A stretch of DNA of 64,000 nt from the NCBI GenBank assembly GCA_934457145.1, contig CAKSHP010000007.1:5162-69161 (forward strand), given 5' to 3'. The position numbers were made by a program, and so were the translations under genes. A model generated the notes under the pieces. That model was not told the origin of the DNA. It made no database searches and was given only the letters and a program-made list of their open reading frames with translations. Position 1 is the stretch's first letter; each line of letters opens with the position of its first letter. Source of the stretch: an uncultured Clostridia bacterium. GTDB lineage: Bacteria > Bacillota > Clostridia > UBA1381 > UMGS1253. Shown here piece after piece: positions 48,260 through 57,225 of this stretch.

Positions 48260-49363
48260 TTATTTTTCAAATTCTTTTGCAACATCTTCAAGCAGACTGC
48301 GGATTTTCAAATGCTGCGGACAAACTTTTTCACACTTTCCGCATTTAATGCATTCTGAAGCCTTTGCCCCCTCCTTGGTGTGAACGCCGTAATAGTAATC
48401 CGCGTTCCAGTCGTTATAAACCTTTTTTTCATTCATGCATGCAAACAAATCCGGAATTTTTATCTTTTTCGGACACCCCTCCACGCAATAGCGGCACGAA
48501 GTGCATGAAATAAAATTCATCAAAGAAAATATCTTGCAAACCTCGCCGACAGCCTCTTTTTCCTTTTCGTTAAGCGGCTTAAAATCTTTCATATAGCTTA
48601 CGTTGTCTTCCATCTGCTCCATATTGCTCATGCCCGACAAAACCATAACAATCCCTTCAAATCCTGCCGCAAATCTAACGGCATAGCTTGCCGTGCTGCC
48701 GCCGTTTAAATCATCTAAAACCTTTTTTGCGCTCTGCGGCAGATTAACAAGATTTCCGCCCTTAACAGGCTCCATAACAATAACGGGTTTTCCGTGCTTT
48801 CTGCACACCTCATAGCATTTTTTGCTTTCTATTGCCGGATCGTTGTAGTCAACATAGTTAAACTGAATTTGCACAATTTCAATCTGCGGATATATGCAAA
48901 GCATCTTATCAAGCACCTCCGCCTTATCGTGAAACGATATTCCGACATGGCGTATCTTTCCCTCGTTCTTCAAGTCAAATGCCGTTTCATATGCGCGGCA
49001 CTTTTTAAAATGTTCAAAGTTTTCCGCATTCTGAGCATGCATAAGATAAAAATCAAAATACTCCACTCCGCACCATTTAAGCTGATTTTCAAAAAAAGGT
49101 CTTATATCCTCTTTCTTTTTGAAATAAGGCGCCGTAAGCTTGTCCGTAAGTATATATTTTTCGCGCGGATAACGGCTCGCAAGACATTTGTTTATCGCCT
49201 TTTCGCTCTTGCCCTCAATATAGCCGTGCGCAGTGTCAAAATAGTTAAAGCCGTTTTCCAGAAAATAATCAACCATTTTAGTAAATTCAGCTTCATCAAC
49301 CTCCGCGCCGTTCATCGGCAATCTCATGCATCCGAAACCGAAATTCTTTTTAATCAAATCCAT
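48260..49363 (-). CDS. Aldo/keto reductase with C-terminal 2x[4Fe-4S] ferredoxin-like domain
   Basis: AKR N-terminal barrel (FDTAHGY, HVGISFH), followed by CTSCRYCVEGCP and CIKCGKCEKVCP. Confidence 0.8.
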   Translation of the reverse strand: MDLIKKNFGFGCMRLPMNGAEVDEAEFTKMVDYFLENGFNYFDTAHGYIEGKSEKAINKCLASRYPREKYILTDKLTAPYFKKKEDIRPFFENQLKWCGVEYFDFYLMHAQNAENFEHFKKCRAYETAFDLKNEGKIRHVGISFHDKAEVLDKMLCIYPQIEIVQIQFNYVDYNDPAIESKKCYEVCRKHGKPVIVMEPVKGGNLVNLPQSAKKVLDDLNGGSTASYAVRFAAGFEGIVMVLSGMSNMEQMEDNVSYMKDFKPLNEKEKEAVGEVCKIFSLMNFISCTSCRYCVEGCPKKIKIPDLFACMNEKKVYNDWNADYYYGVHTKEGAKASECIKCGKCEKVCPQHLKIRSLLEDVAKEFEK

Positions 49364-49439
49364 TTTTCACACCTCCGCTTTAATCACTTCTATAATAATT
49401 ATACATCATTTACCCGCAAAGTCAATACAAACAATATTT

Positions 49440-50216
49440 TCACCGAAGATTTTTCGGCGCCGTGCCGTAAATCTTTTTAAAACAATGGCTAAACGAATAC
49501 ACATCCGAAAATCCGCAGCAACATGCAATATCCGAAATTTTTCTGTTCGTGTTTTTTATAAGTATCTCCGCTTTGCTTAATCTAAAATCTCTTATAAATT
49601 CGTGCGGCGTTTTGTTATACACTTCAAAAAACAAACGTCTGAAATGCTTTTCGCTGATATTTGCGCTTTTTGCAAGCTCGCTTATTTTCAAATCCGCGCG
49701 CCGATAGTTTTTCTTTATATATTCAAGAGCATTTTTAATCTTTTCTTTCTTTTCTCCGCTTGCTTTTTCAAATGCCGAGCCGTTATAAATCATTCCTATT
49801 ATCTGTTTTAAAATTCCGCTGCACACCAAATTGCTCCCCGGCAGAGCCGCGCTGCATTCTTCAAGCGCCGTATAAAACAGCTTTTCATATTTGTATGTGC
49901 CGTCTTTGGCGCAAGCCGTTTTAAAAAACAAGCTCGGCTCTGGTATTTTGCTTTTTTTGTCAAAATTAAAATTCACCGCAATATATTCTGCCTGCTCGCA
50001 GCCGTATGCGCTGCTTTTGTCAACCGAACCGCGCGCTATATATCCGACCTGTCCTTCGCAAATAAGCTCATCTGTCCCCTCTTTTTCATATTCAAGCGTC
50101 CCTTTTGTAACAAAACATAAGCTTTCATGATTTCTGGGCAGTTTTGAAACATACGGTCTGCCTTTTTTAATTGTATCATAAAAAAACACCGCGTCGTCGG
50201 TATATATGTTATTCAT
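49440..50216 (-). CDS. AraC-family transcriptional regulator (cupin-like N-domain + HTH_18)
   Basis: The C-terminal ISDIACCCGFSDVYSFSHCFKKIYGTAPKNLR is the AraC signature. Divergent from the glycyl-radical enzyme gene. Confidence 0.88.
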   Translation of the reverse strand: MNNIYTDDAVFFYDTIKKGRPYVSKLPRNHESLCFVTKGTLEYEKEGTDELICEGQVGYIARGSVDKSSAYGCEQAEYIAVNFNFDKKSKIPEPSLFFKTACAKDGTYKYEKLFYTALEECSAALPGSNLVCSGILKQIIGMIYNGSAFEKASGEKKEKIKNALEYIKKNYRRADLKISELAKSANISEKHFRRLFFEVYNKTPHEFIRDFRLSKAEILIKNTNRKISDIACCCGFSDVYSFSHCFKKIYGTAPKNLR

Positions 50217-50329
50217 CGCCGCACCGCCTTTAATCTTTTTTTAATATCAGAAAATAAAGCACAATATGCCCCATTTGCTGCTGCCTGCCGTTATTATACC
50301 ATATTTCTTATAATAAATCAAATAAAAAT

Positions 50330-50393
50330 GTCCGTTTTAAACAAATTTTCGTCCTTTATAAACATTTACATTTTATCCTTTGCAATATATAAT
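50330..50393 (+). promoter_or_regulatory. Two direct repeats 21 bp apart plus a sigma-A promoter upstream of the glycyl-radical enzyme gene
   Basis: GTCCGTTTTAAACAAATT (50330-50347) and GTCCTTTATAAACATTTA (50351-50368). The second overlaps -35 TTTACA (50365-50370), followed by a 17-nt spacer and TATAAT (50388-50393). Confidence 0.5.
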
Positions 50394-50428
50394 ACAACTA
50401 ATTTATAATAAGCCGAAAGGAAAATAAA

Positions 50429-52552
50429 ATGGATAAAAGAATAGAAATATTAACTAAAAAAACCCTCGCCGGCGAAATGTATGTTAAACCGGTAAAAACA
50501 AACTATGACAGATGCGATTTGTTTTTAACGCCCGTACAAATGTCTGCAAAACGGGTGTGTGAATATATAAAAAATCAACAGCCTATGCTGACGCCCGAAA
50601 TGTGCTTTACGGGAGTTTTTAACTTTGACGGCAGCGTTGAAGGCGATGTTTTTTCCAGAACAGGTCACAAAAACTTTGCCGAAATGATGAAAAATTTTTA
50701 TAACAAACCCGTCGATAACCTTTTAACCTTTGAATGGCAGCATTCCGCAGGCGATTTCGGAAAAATTATTAACAAAGGTCTTTCGGGTATAAAAGAAAAC
50801 ATAGAAAAATCCAAAGAAGTTCATAAAAATAACCCCGAAGCGCTCGAGTTTTTAAAAACGCAGACCGATATCTGCAACGCTCTTATCTTCTGGGCAAACA
50901 AGTGCTCGGATATGGTAGATGATTTTTCAAAAACGGTGTCCTCTTTAGAATACAAAGAAAATTTAAAAAAGCTGTCTGCCGCTCTTAAAAAAGTTCCCGA
51001 AAACCCGGCTTCAAGCTTTTACGAAGCAGTATTGTCGTTATACATTTGCTTTAGCCTCCTTCCCGACAGTATAGGCCTAATCGACAGATACCTGTATCCT
51101 TATTATAAAAAAGACATCGAAAATAAAACGCTGACAGATGAACAGGTGCGCTGTTATTTGCAGGAACTTTTTTTAATGCTTCAGGCAAAAACCCGCATAT
51201 CGTCCGACAGATTTTACAGAGGCGGCGAATCGCATTTTTGCATCGGAGGTTATCTTGAAAACGGCGAGGACGGTTTTAACGAGCTTTCAAAGCTGATAAT
51301 CGACTCTCTTACCGAACTTCCGACCTTTATTCCGCAGATTTCGCTCCGCTGGACTAAAAAAACTTCGCACGAAGTTTTTTCCTATGTGTTAGACTGCGAA
51401 CGCAAAGACTCTGCCAAGCGCATAGCTTTCGTAAACGACGAACCCCGCATAAGAGGTCTTGAAAAATATACCGGCGTTTCTCATAAAGAAGCCGTAAACT
51501 ACACAATGATCGGCTGCAACGAAATCGCTCTGCCCGGCGGAATTGTTTTCGGCTTTGACCCTTTAAACATTCTCCGCTGCGTTTCAAACACTTTTTCCAA
51601 GCGCAAGTCCGACATATTAAATGCCAAAACCTTTGATGAGTTTTACGATATTTTTGAACAGGAAATGTTTTTCGACTTAGAAGAAGCCGACAAAATAGGC
51701 AAAGGCTTTCAGGCAGTGCGCAGCCGCGATGTAAACCTTGTAAGCAATATACTTATAGACGGCTGCATAGAAAACGCAAAAAGCGTAACGCGCGGCGGAA
51801 CACAAAAATATATCGCCGTAGCTCTGCTTATAGGTATTGCAAATGTAATCGACTCTTTGTCTGTAACAAATCAAATAGTGTTTAACGAAAAACGCGTCAC
51901 AATGGCGCAGCTTGCCAACGCTTTGGAAAATAACTGGAACGGATATGAAGAATTAAGAGCCTATATATTAAAAAACGGCAAATTTTTCGGAAACGACGAA
52001 CAGTCCTCAAACGATATTGCCCATAGATTTTTTAAAAGCCTTGATAAACATAACACAGCCGATAACTATTTAAATAAAAAACTTATTTTCGGAAACCTTG
52101 TCGGCTATAATGAACACCATAAATTTTTCGGAAATAACACAAAAGCCACCCCCGACGGACGTTTAAACGGCGAAATGCTCACATTCGGCATAGGTCAGAT
52201 AAACGGAAAAGACCGCGGCGGTCTCGCCGCGCTTTTAAACTCCGTTGCAGCCTGTGATCCGTACTGTATTTTAACAGGCCCGAGCGTTACAAACATTTTG
52301 CTTGACGACCGTCTTGTAAAAAATGATGAAAACTTTAAAAAGCTTGTTTATCTTTTAGAAACATATTTCAAGCTCGGCGGAACGCATTTTCAGCTTACAT
52401 ATGTTTCAAAACAGGATCTTATAAACGCAAAAAAAGATCCCGATAAATATAAAAGTCTCAGAGTCAGAGTATCCGGCTTTTCCGATTACTTCGTATTTTT
52501 AAACGAAGGTCTGCAAGACGAAATTATTTCCCGGACGCAGCATACAAAATAA
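50429..52552 (+). CDS. Glycyl-radical enzyme, PFL2/eliminase-like, unusually short (707 aa)
   Basis: The C-terminal RVRVSGFSDYFVFLNEGLQDEIISR is the Gly-radical motif (Gly683, codon 52475-52477). MIGCNEIALPG is a Cys-x-Glu loop (Cys363, codon 51515-51517). The Cys-to-Gly spacing of 320 residues is typical of GREs. Confidence 0.8.
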   Translation: MDKRIEILTKKTLAGEMYVKPVKTNYDRCDLFLTPVQMSAKRVCEYIKNQQPMLTPEMCFTGVFNFDGSVEGDVFSRTGHKNFAEMMKNFYNKPVDNLLTFEWQHSAGDFGKIINKGLSGIKENIEKSKEVHKNNPEALEFLKTQTDICNALIFWANKCSDMVDDFSKTVSSLEYKENLKKLSAALKKVPENPASSFYEAVLSLYICFSLLPDSIGLIDRYLYPYYKKDIENKTLTDEQVRCYLQELFLMLQAKTRISSDRFYRGGESHFCIGGYLENGEDGFNELSKLIIDSLTELPTFIPQISLRWTKKTSHEVFSYVLDCERKDSAKRIAFVNDEPRIRGLEKYTGVSHKEAVNYTMIGCNEIALPGGIVFGFDPLNILRCVSNTFSKRKSDILNAKTFDEFYDIFEQEMFFDLEEADKIGKGFQAVRSRDVNLVSNILIDGCIENAKSVTRGGTQKYIAVALLIGIANVIDSLSVTNQIVFNEKRVTMAQLANALENNWNGYEELRAYILKNGKFFGNDEQSSNDIAHRFFKSLDKHNTADNYLNKKLIFGNLVGYNEHHKFFGNNTKATPDGRLNGEMLTFGIGQINGKDRGGLAALLNSVAACDPYCILTGPSVTNILLDDRLVKNDENFKKLVYLLETYFKLGGTHFQLTYVSKQDLINAKKDPDKYKSLRVRVSGFSDYFVFLNEGLQDEIISRTQHTK

Positions 52553-52559
52553 CAAAAAA

Positions 52560-52612
52560 CCGGGCGAAATGCAAGCCAAAATCGGTTCGCATTTCGCCCG
52601 GTTTAAATTTTT
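52560..52612. terminator. Bidirectional intrinsic terminator
   Basis: CCGGGCGAAATGC-N-GCATTTCGCCCGG: a 13-bp stem preceded by an A-run and followed by TTTAAATTTTT. Confidence 0.8.
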
Positions 52613-52775
52613 ATATTATCTCATATTCCAGATTTTCATAGTGAAGCTTTGTTCCTATATCAATTCCGAACGGCAGGAGCGCCAAAGCAATAAACAGCTC
52701 CTCTCCCGTTTGACATTCCTTTAAAATTGCATATTCTCCCTCTATTTTATCAACAATATAATCTCTCGGCTCCAA
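52611..52775 (-). CDS. Small DUF3006-like protein (54 aa), not in the ORF track
   Basis: Hand translation from the TTG at 52775 gives MEPRDYIVDKIEGEYAILKECQTGEELFIALALLPFGIDIGTKLHYENLEYEII. GAAGGGG RBS. The pattern (vdkiEg.yAil.......l.......lp....G..l) matches DUF3006 as I recall it. Confidence 0.55.
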   Translation of the reverse strand: MEPRDYIVDKIEGEYAILKECQTGEELFIALALLPFGIDIGTKLHYENLEYEII

Positions 52776-52786
52776 AAATACCCCTT

Positions 52787-53335
52787 CTAAAAATTAAACT
52801 TAAACACTATTCCTATCACAGCCGACGCCGCTATATACACTATCGGATGAATTTTTTTAACCTTTTGCATCATAATAAACACAACCGCAGCTAAAATCAT
52901 TCCCTGCCAGAAAAAGTGCGGCGCCTCCGATTTAAAAAACGCAATCTTTATAAGGCTCACTCCCGCCGCAGCAATAAGCGCCGCCGATGCCGCTCTTAAT
53001 CCGTAAAACACGCTCTGCACGGCCTCGCTTTTTTTAAACTTTTCCAAAAACTTTGCCACAATCAAAATAATAACAATCGACGGAAACACCAATCCCAAAG
53101 ATGCCGTAACGCTTCCGAACGCTCCGCTCTGCAAATATCCGACATATGTCGACATATTAACCCCGAGCGGTCCCGGCGTTGCCTCCGAAACTGCAATCAT
53201 ATTTGCAATATCCGAAACCGTAATCCAGTTTGTCGTATAAGTAAGCTCATATAAAAACGGCAGCGTTGCAAGCCCTCCGCCGACTGCAAAAAGCCCGATT
53301 TTTGCAAACGTAAAAAACAAAACCAAAAATATCAT
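52787..53335 (-). CDS. chrA: Chromate transporter family protein (short CHR, second half)
   Basis: 182-aa membrane protein; FAKIGLFAVGGGLATLP motif. Overlaps its paralogue by 4 nt. Confidence 0.8.
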   Translation of the reverse strand: MIFLVLFFTFAKIGLFAVGGGLATLPFLYELTYTTNWITVSDIANMIAVSEATPGPLGVNMSTYVGYLQSGAFGSVTASLGLVFPSIVIILIVAKFLEKFKKSEAVQSVFYGLRAASAALIAAAGVSLIKIAFFKSEAPHFFWQGMILAAVVFIMMQKVKKIHPIVYIAASAVIGIVFKFNF

Positions 53336-53901
53336 TTGTTTTCTCCTTCCTTAAACGCCTTTTTGCCCTTTTTAATGCGCGAAACCGCAAATCCGGCAGC
53401 GCCCGACAAAACAACAATCGCCGCAGTCGGTACAGATGAAACAAACACCGCCAGAAGAAAGCATATCAAAAAAATCACAAGCGATATTTTATCAACAATC
53501 GCCTTTTTCCATATTTTCACCACAGCGCTCGCCACCAGTGCACACACACAAACTCTTATTCCGCACATCGCATATCTCACTGCTTCAAAATCCGCAAAAT
53601 TTGAAATAAACGCCGCAAGCACGGTTATAATAACAACCGATGGAAAAATAACCCCGAGCGTTGCAAATATTCCGCCAAGCATTCCGCACTGCTTGTAGCC
53701 GACAAATGTTGCCGTGTTAACGGCTATAACCCCGGGCGTACACTGCCCTATAGCAAAATAGTCAAGTATCTCTTCTTCGCTTGCCCAGTTATATTTTTCC
53801 GAAATCTCGCGCTGCAAAATAGGAAGCATAGCATATCCCCCGCCAAACGTAACGGCGCCGATTTTTGCAAAAACCAAAAACAGTTTTATAAGCTTTTTCA
53901 T
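53332..53901 (-). CDS. chrA: Chromate transporter family protein (short CHR, first half)
   Basis: 189-aa membrane protein; FAKIGAVTFGGGYAMLP..GQCTPG motif. Confidence 0.8.
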   Translation of the reverse strand: MKKLIKLFLVFAKIGAVTFGGGYAMLPILQREISEKYNWASEEEILDYFAIGQCTPGVIAVNTATFVGYKQCGMLGGIFATLGVIFPSVVIITVLAAFISNFADFEAVRYAMCGIRVCVCALVASAVVKIWKKAIVDKISLVIFLICFLLAVFVSSVPTAAIVVLSGAAGFAVSRIKKGKKAFKEGENK

Positions 53902-53927
53902 AAATATTCTGTACCTTTCAATATTTT

Positions 53928-55061
53928 TTATTTGTAAAGCGCTCCGTAAAGCTCGTTAAACTTTTCAACGTCTGCCAAATATCCGCTTCTGCCGAATTTT
54001 GTGCCTGTCTGTCCGGGCATGGTATCCGTTTTAATCGACTCTCCCTTTAAAGAAAACGCACATTTAACATATTTAACAGCCGACACAAAGCTTAAATTTG
54101 TGTCAACGTGATTGTTGTAAAAGTCAAGATACGCTTTGTTGTTTTTTATAATGTTTGCTGGCTTTGCAAGATTTAAAACAAGCGTTTTCATAAAGTTTTG
54201 CTGAACCTCCACGCGCTGCAAATCAGCTCTTGCATAACCCGCGCGGTATCGCAGAAGCTGCTCGGCATGGCTTCCGTCTAACACCTGCTTACCCTCTTTT
54301 AAATGAATAGACAAATTCTGCACAGGATCGTCATAGTCCATATCCTGAGGCACATAAAACTCCACTCCGCCTATGGAATCAACAATTGCATGAAGTCCGT
54401 CAAAATCAACCTTTGCATAATAGTCTATCTTAACTCCGAACTTATTTTCAATTTCATCTATCAAAAGACTCATGCCCATCTTTTCGCCCGCAAAATGATA
54501 AATCTCGTTTATCTTCATGCCGTGTCCCGAAGGCTGCGGATATTCTGCGCACATCTTTTCATAAGTATTGTCAGACACTGAAACAAGCGTATCTCGCGGA
54601 ATGGATATAAGCTCAATTTCGCTTTTCGCTCCGCTTTTTAAAACGCCAAGCATCAGCGTATCTGTTCTCGTTCCTCCGGCGTCCGTTCCCGCAATCAGAA
54701 AAACGGTTTTTTTAGGCGGCGAAATAAGGAAAAACAAAGCCGCCAAAACAGCAGCAAAAACAATAAAAAACGTTAAACAGCCCTTTGCCCTGTTTTTCTT
54801 TTTTTTCTTTTTGCCGTTTGGTCTTTGCGCTCTGTCATAATTTTTGCGTCTGTCATAATTTTCATCTTCATGCCTGTGATTTCTTTTGTGGTTTCGGTAA
54901 TCTCCTCTTCTGCGTCTTACGGGGCGGTCTTCATAATCATCATATCCGCTGCGGCCGTCTTGTTCGCCATAACCGTTTTCGCCGTCAAAATCAAAATTAC
55001 CGCCGTCATCGTCATCATCAAAAAAATCGTCTCTTATTTTTATATCATAATCTTTATCCAT
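53928..55061 (-). CDS. LytR-CpsA-Psr (LCP) family protein with a long charged cytoplasmic tail
   Basis: The catalytic domain RTDTLMLGVL...ISIPRD follows one TM segment. The N-terminal ~95 residues are Asp/Arg/Lys/His-rich and low-complexity. Confidence 0.8.
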   Translation of the reverse strand: MDKDYDIKIRDDFFDDDDDGGNFDFDGENGYGEQDGRSGYDDYEDRPVRRRRGDYRNHKRNHRHEDENYDRRKNYDRAQRPNGKKKKKKNRAKGCLTFFIVFAAVLAALFFLISPPKKTVFLIAGTDAGGTRTDTLMLGVLKSGAKSEIELISIPRDTLVSVSDNTYEKMCAEYPQPSGHGMKINEIYHFAGEKMGMSLLIDEIENKFGVKIDYYAKVDFDGLHAIVDSIGGVEFYVPQDMDYDDPVQNLSIHLKEGKQVLDGSHAEQLLRYRAGYARADLQRVEVQQNFMKTLVLNLAKPANIIKNNKAYLDFYNNHVDTNLSFVSAVKYVKCAFSLKGESIKTDTMPGQTGTKFGRSGYLADVEKFNELYGALYK

Positions 55062-55198
55062 ATGTAATTTCAGCCTTTCAAATAAACATCAAATAAACTA
55101 TACCACACAAGCCATATAAAGTCAATAACAATTAAGCATGGGCGCCGGCTGTTTTTCCTGCCGGCGCCTGCGGATTAAAATAACGCATAAAATATTTT

Positions 55199-56611
55199 TT
55201 AAAGTCTGCTTTTCGTTTTTGCACTTTGCCAAACAAAAAGCAAAAACAATAAAACCGCCGCTATAATTCCTAAAGGATAGGAAAATGCCGCCGGCAAACG
55301 AAATCCCTCTTTTGCCATAAGAATATATGTCACGCAAACGGCGCTCATAAACGCAGCCGGTATTGCCGAAACAAGAAAGCTGCATTTTTTGTTTTCCTTT
55401 ATCAGATACGCCGTAACGCACCAAAGCGAAATCGCCGCAAGCGTCTGATTGCTCCACGAAAAATACCGCCACAAAATATCAAAGTCCGTCTGCATAAGAA
55501 CCGCCGCCACAGCCAAAACCGGAACGGTCAGCAAAAGGCGGTTTTTTATTTTTTTCTGGTCAAGCTTTGTCCATTCCGCAAGAATAATCCTAACTCCGCG
55601 AAACGCAGTATCTCCCGTTGTAACAGGACACACAACAACCCCTATCACAGCTAAAATTCCGCCTATACCTCCCAAAAGCCCCTTAGAAATTTCATAAACC
55701 GTTCCCGACTGCCCCAAAAAAGAAATAGCATTGTTTAAACCGGCAGTGTCTTTGTAAAACGCACTGCCCGCCGCGGCCCATATAAGCGCAATAACCGCCT
55801 CCGCTATCATCGCCCCGTAAAACACGCTTTTTCCCTCATACTCATTTTGTATGCACTTTGCAACAAGTGGCGACTGCGTCGCATGAAATCCCGAAACCGC
55901 TCCGCATGCAACCGTCACAAACATAAACGGCCATATCTCAAGCCCCTGCGGATGCATGTTTTTTAAAGACACCTCCGCTATATGATACCCCTTAAAAACA
56001 ATTGCACCGATAATTGCCGCCGCCATCACTATTAAAACTATCCCGAACACCGGATAAAGTCTGCCTATAATTTTGTCTATCGGCATCAGCGCCGCAAGAA
56101 GATAATATATTAATATAACCGCACTCCAAAATCCCGCCGAAATTCTGTTTTGCGTTATGTTGGCCAAAAGCGCCGCAGGGCTTGTTATAAACACAGTGCC
56201 CACCAAAACCAAAAGTATAACAGAAAAAACTCTCATAATTCCTTTCGTTTTTTTGCCGACATATTTTCCCGAAAGCTCTGCAATCGAAGCGCCGCCGTTT
56301 CTTTCCGACATCATTGCTGTCATATAATCATGAACCGCTCCGCCTAAAACCGAGCCGAAAACTATCCATAAAAACACAACCGGTCCGAACACAGCTCCCA
56401 TAAGCGCTCCGAAAATCGGCCCCGTACCGGCAATATTCAAAAGCTGTATCAAAAACGCTTTTCCCCTCTTCATCGGCACAAAGTCCACCCCGTCGCCGAC
56501 TGTGTGAGCCGGAGTTTTTCTGTTATCCGGCGAAAATATTTTTTGCACAAAACCTCCGTAAAAAACATATCCCAAAACCAAAACCGCAATCGATAAAACA
56601 AAAGAAATCAT
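55199..56611 (-). CDS. cstA: Carbon starvation protein CstA family transporter
   Basis: 470-aa polytopic protein with the CstA-like N-terminal region (FLIQLLNIAGTGPIFGALMGAVFGP). Confidence 0.8.
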   Translation of the reverse strand: MISFVLSIAVLVLGYVFYGGFVQKIFSPDNRKTPAHTVGDGVDFVPMKRGKAFLIQLLNIAGTGPIFGALMGAVFGPVVFLWIVFGSVLGGAVHDYMTAMMSERNGGASIAELSGKYVGKKTKGIMRVFSVILLVLVGTVFITSPAALLANITQNRISAGFWSAVILIYYLLAALMPIDKIIGRLYPVFGIVLIVMAAAIIGAIVFKGYHIAEVSLKNMHPQGLEIWPFMFVTVACGAVSGFHATQSPLVAKCIQNEYEGKSVFYGAMIAEAVIALIWAAAGSAFYKDTAGLNNAISFLGQSGTVYEISKGLLGGIGGILAVIGVVVCPVTTGDTAFRGVRIILAEWTKLDQKKIKNRLLLTVPVLAVAAVLMQTDFDILWRYFSWSNQTLAAISLWCVTAYLIKENKKCSFLVSAIPAAFMSAVCVTYILMAKEGFRLPAAFSYPLGIIAAVLLFLLFVWQSAKTKSRL

Positions 56612-56726
56612 ATCGTAACTTCCTTATCTTTTTTTATTGCTATTTTGACCTGTCTTTTACATTTTATTCATGCCGCAAAAAAAGCCGCAGCAAAATATTT
56701 TTGCCGCAGCCTTTTTTGATTTTTTA

Positions 56727-57120
56727 TTAATAACCTGCCAAACCGTCTTTTATATATGTCACAACCGTTACATATTCGCTGTCGGTGTCATAATCAATCG
56801 CAAGCATATCATCGGTGCCGTTTTTTCTAAAACTTGCAGTGTATGTTCCTCCGGCGCCCGCCTCTTCCGTAGCATATGTAAATTTATCGGCTATTTTTGA
56901 GGCCGCCGTTTTATAAGACATATGCGCGTTTATTCCAAACAGAGTTGCAACTCTTGTGTCCGTTAAAATAACGTGATCTATGCCGCTGTCATCAAACATA
57001 ACGGTAAAGCCGGCGCCCAAATAGCTTAGCCTATAACGTTACCCATCTCACGATACAAATCGTTTAAGCCGTTTGTCTCGTCCGCACCAATACTTACCAC
57101 CCCCCTCTGGTAAAATTAAG
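56727..57120 (-). pseudogene. Probable frameshifted gene remnant of unknown function
   Basis: The 97-aa ORF (56727-57020) has no credible N-terminus or RBS. Immediately upstream, another frame reads ...GADETNGLNDLYREMGNVIG then a stop, and continues into the ORF after a frame change. Confidence 0.35.
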
Positions 57121-57225
57121 TATACCTTTTTTATCCTCCGTTTTCAAACGCGTAATGCCATGTATTATTCCTTGTAAAATTCTTAATAAAAATTAAAAAA
57201 CACAAGGCTATAAAAACAGATTTTA

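Noticed and set aside
48794-49480. 228-aa plus-strand ORF antisense to the aldo/keto reductase gene
   Set aside because: The opposite strand encodes a clearly real AKR/Fe-S protein. The antisense translation is Ile/Phe/Lys-rich with no motifs.
55139-55168. GGCGCCGGC-N-GCCGGCGCC hairpin downstream of cstA as a terminator
   Set aside because: The stem is good, but it is not followed by a convincing U-run on the cstA strand. I did not list it as a feature, although it may still act as a stabiliser or weak terminator.
55122-55472. 116-aa minus-strand ORF overlapping the 3' end of cstA in another frame
   Set aside because: It is almost entirely nested in the CstA coding region and in the terminator-containing spacer. 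It has no RBS and an implausible composition.
56672-56709. Three copies of GCCGCA(G) separated by A/T runs downstream of the 56727 ORF
   Set aside because: The copies are direct rather than inverted, so they do not form a terminator stem. Three 6-7-mers are too short to call a repeat element. Probably part of the cstA promoter/terminator region.
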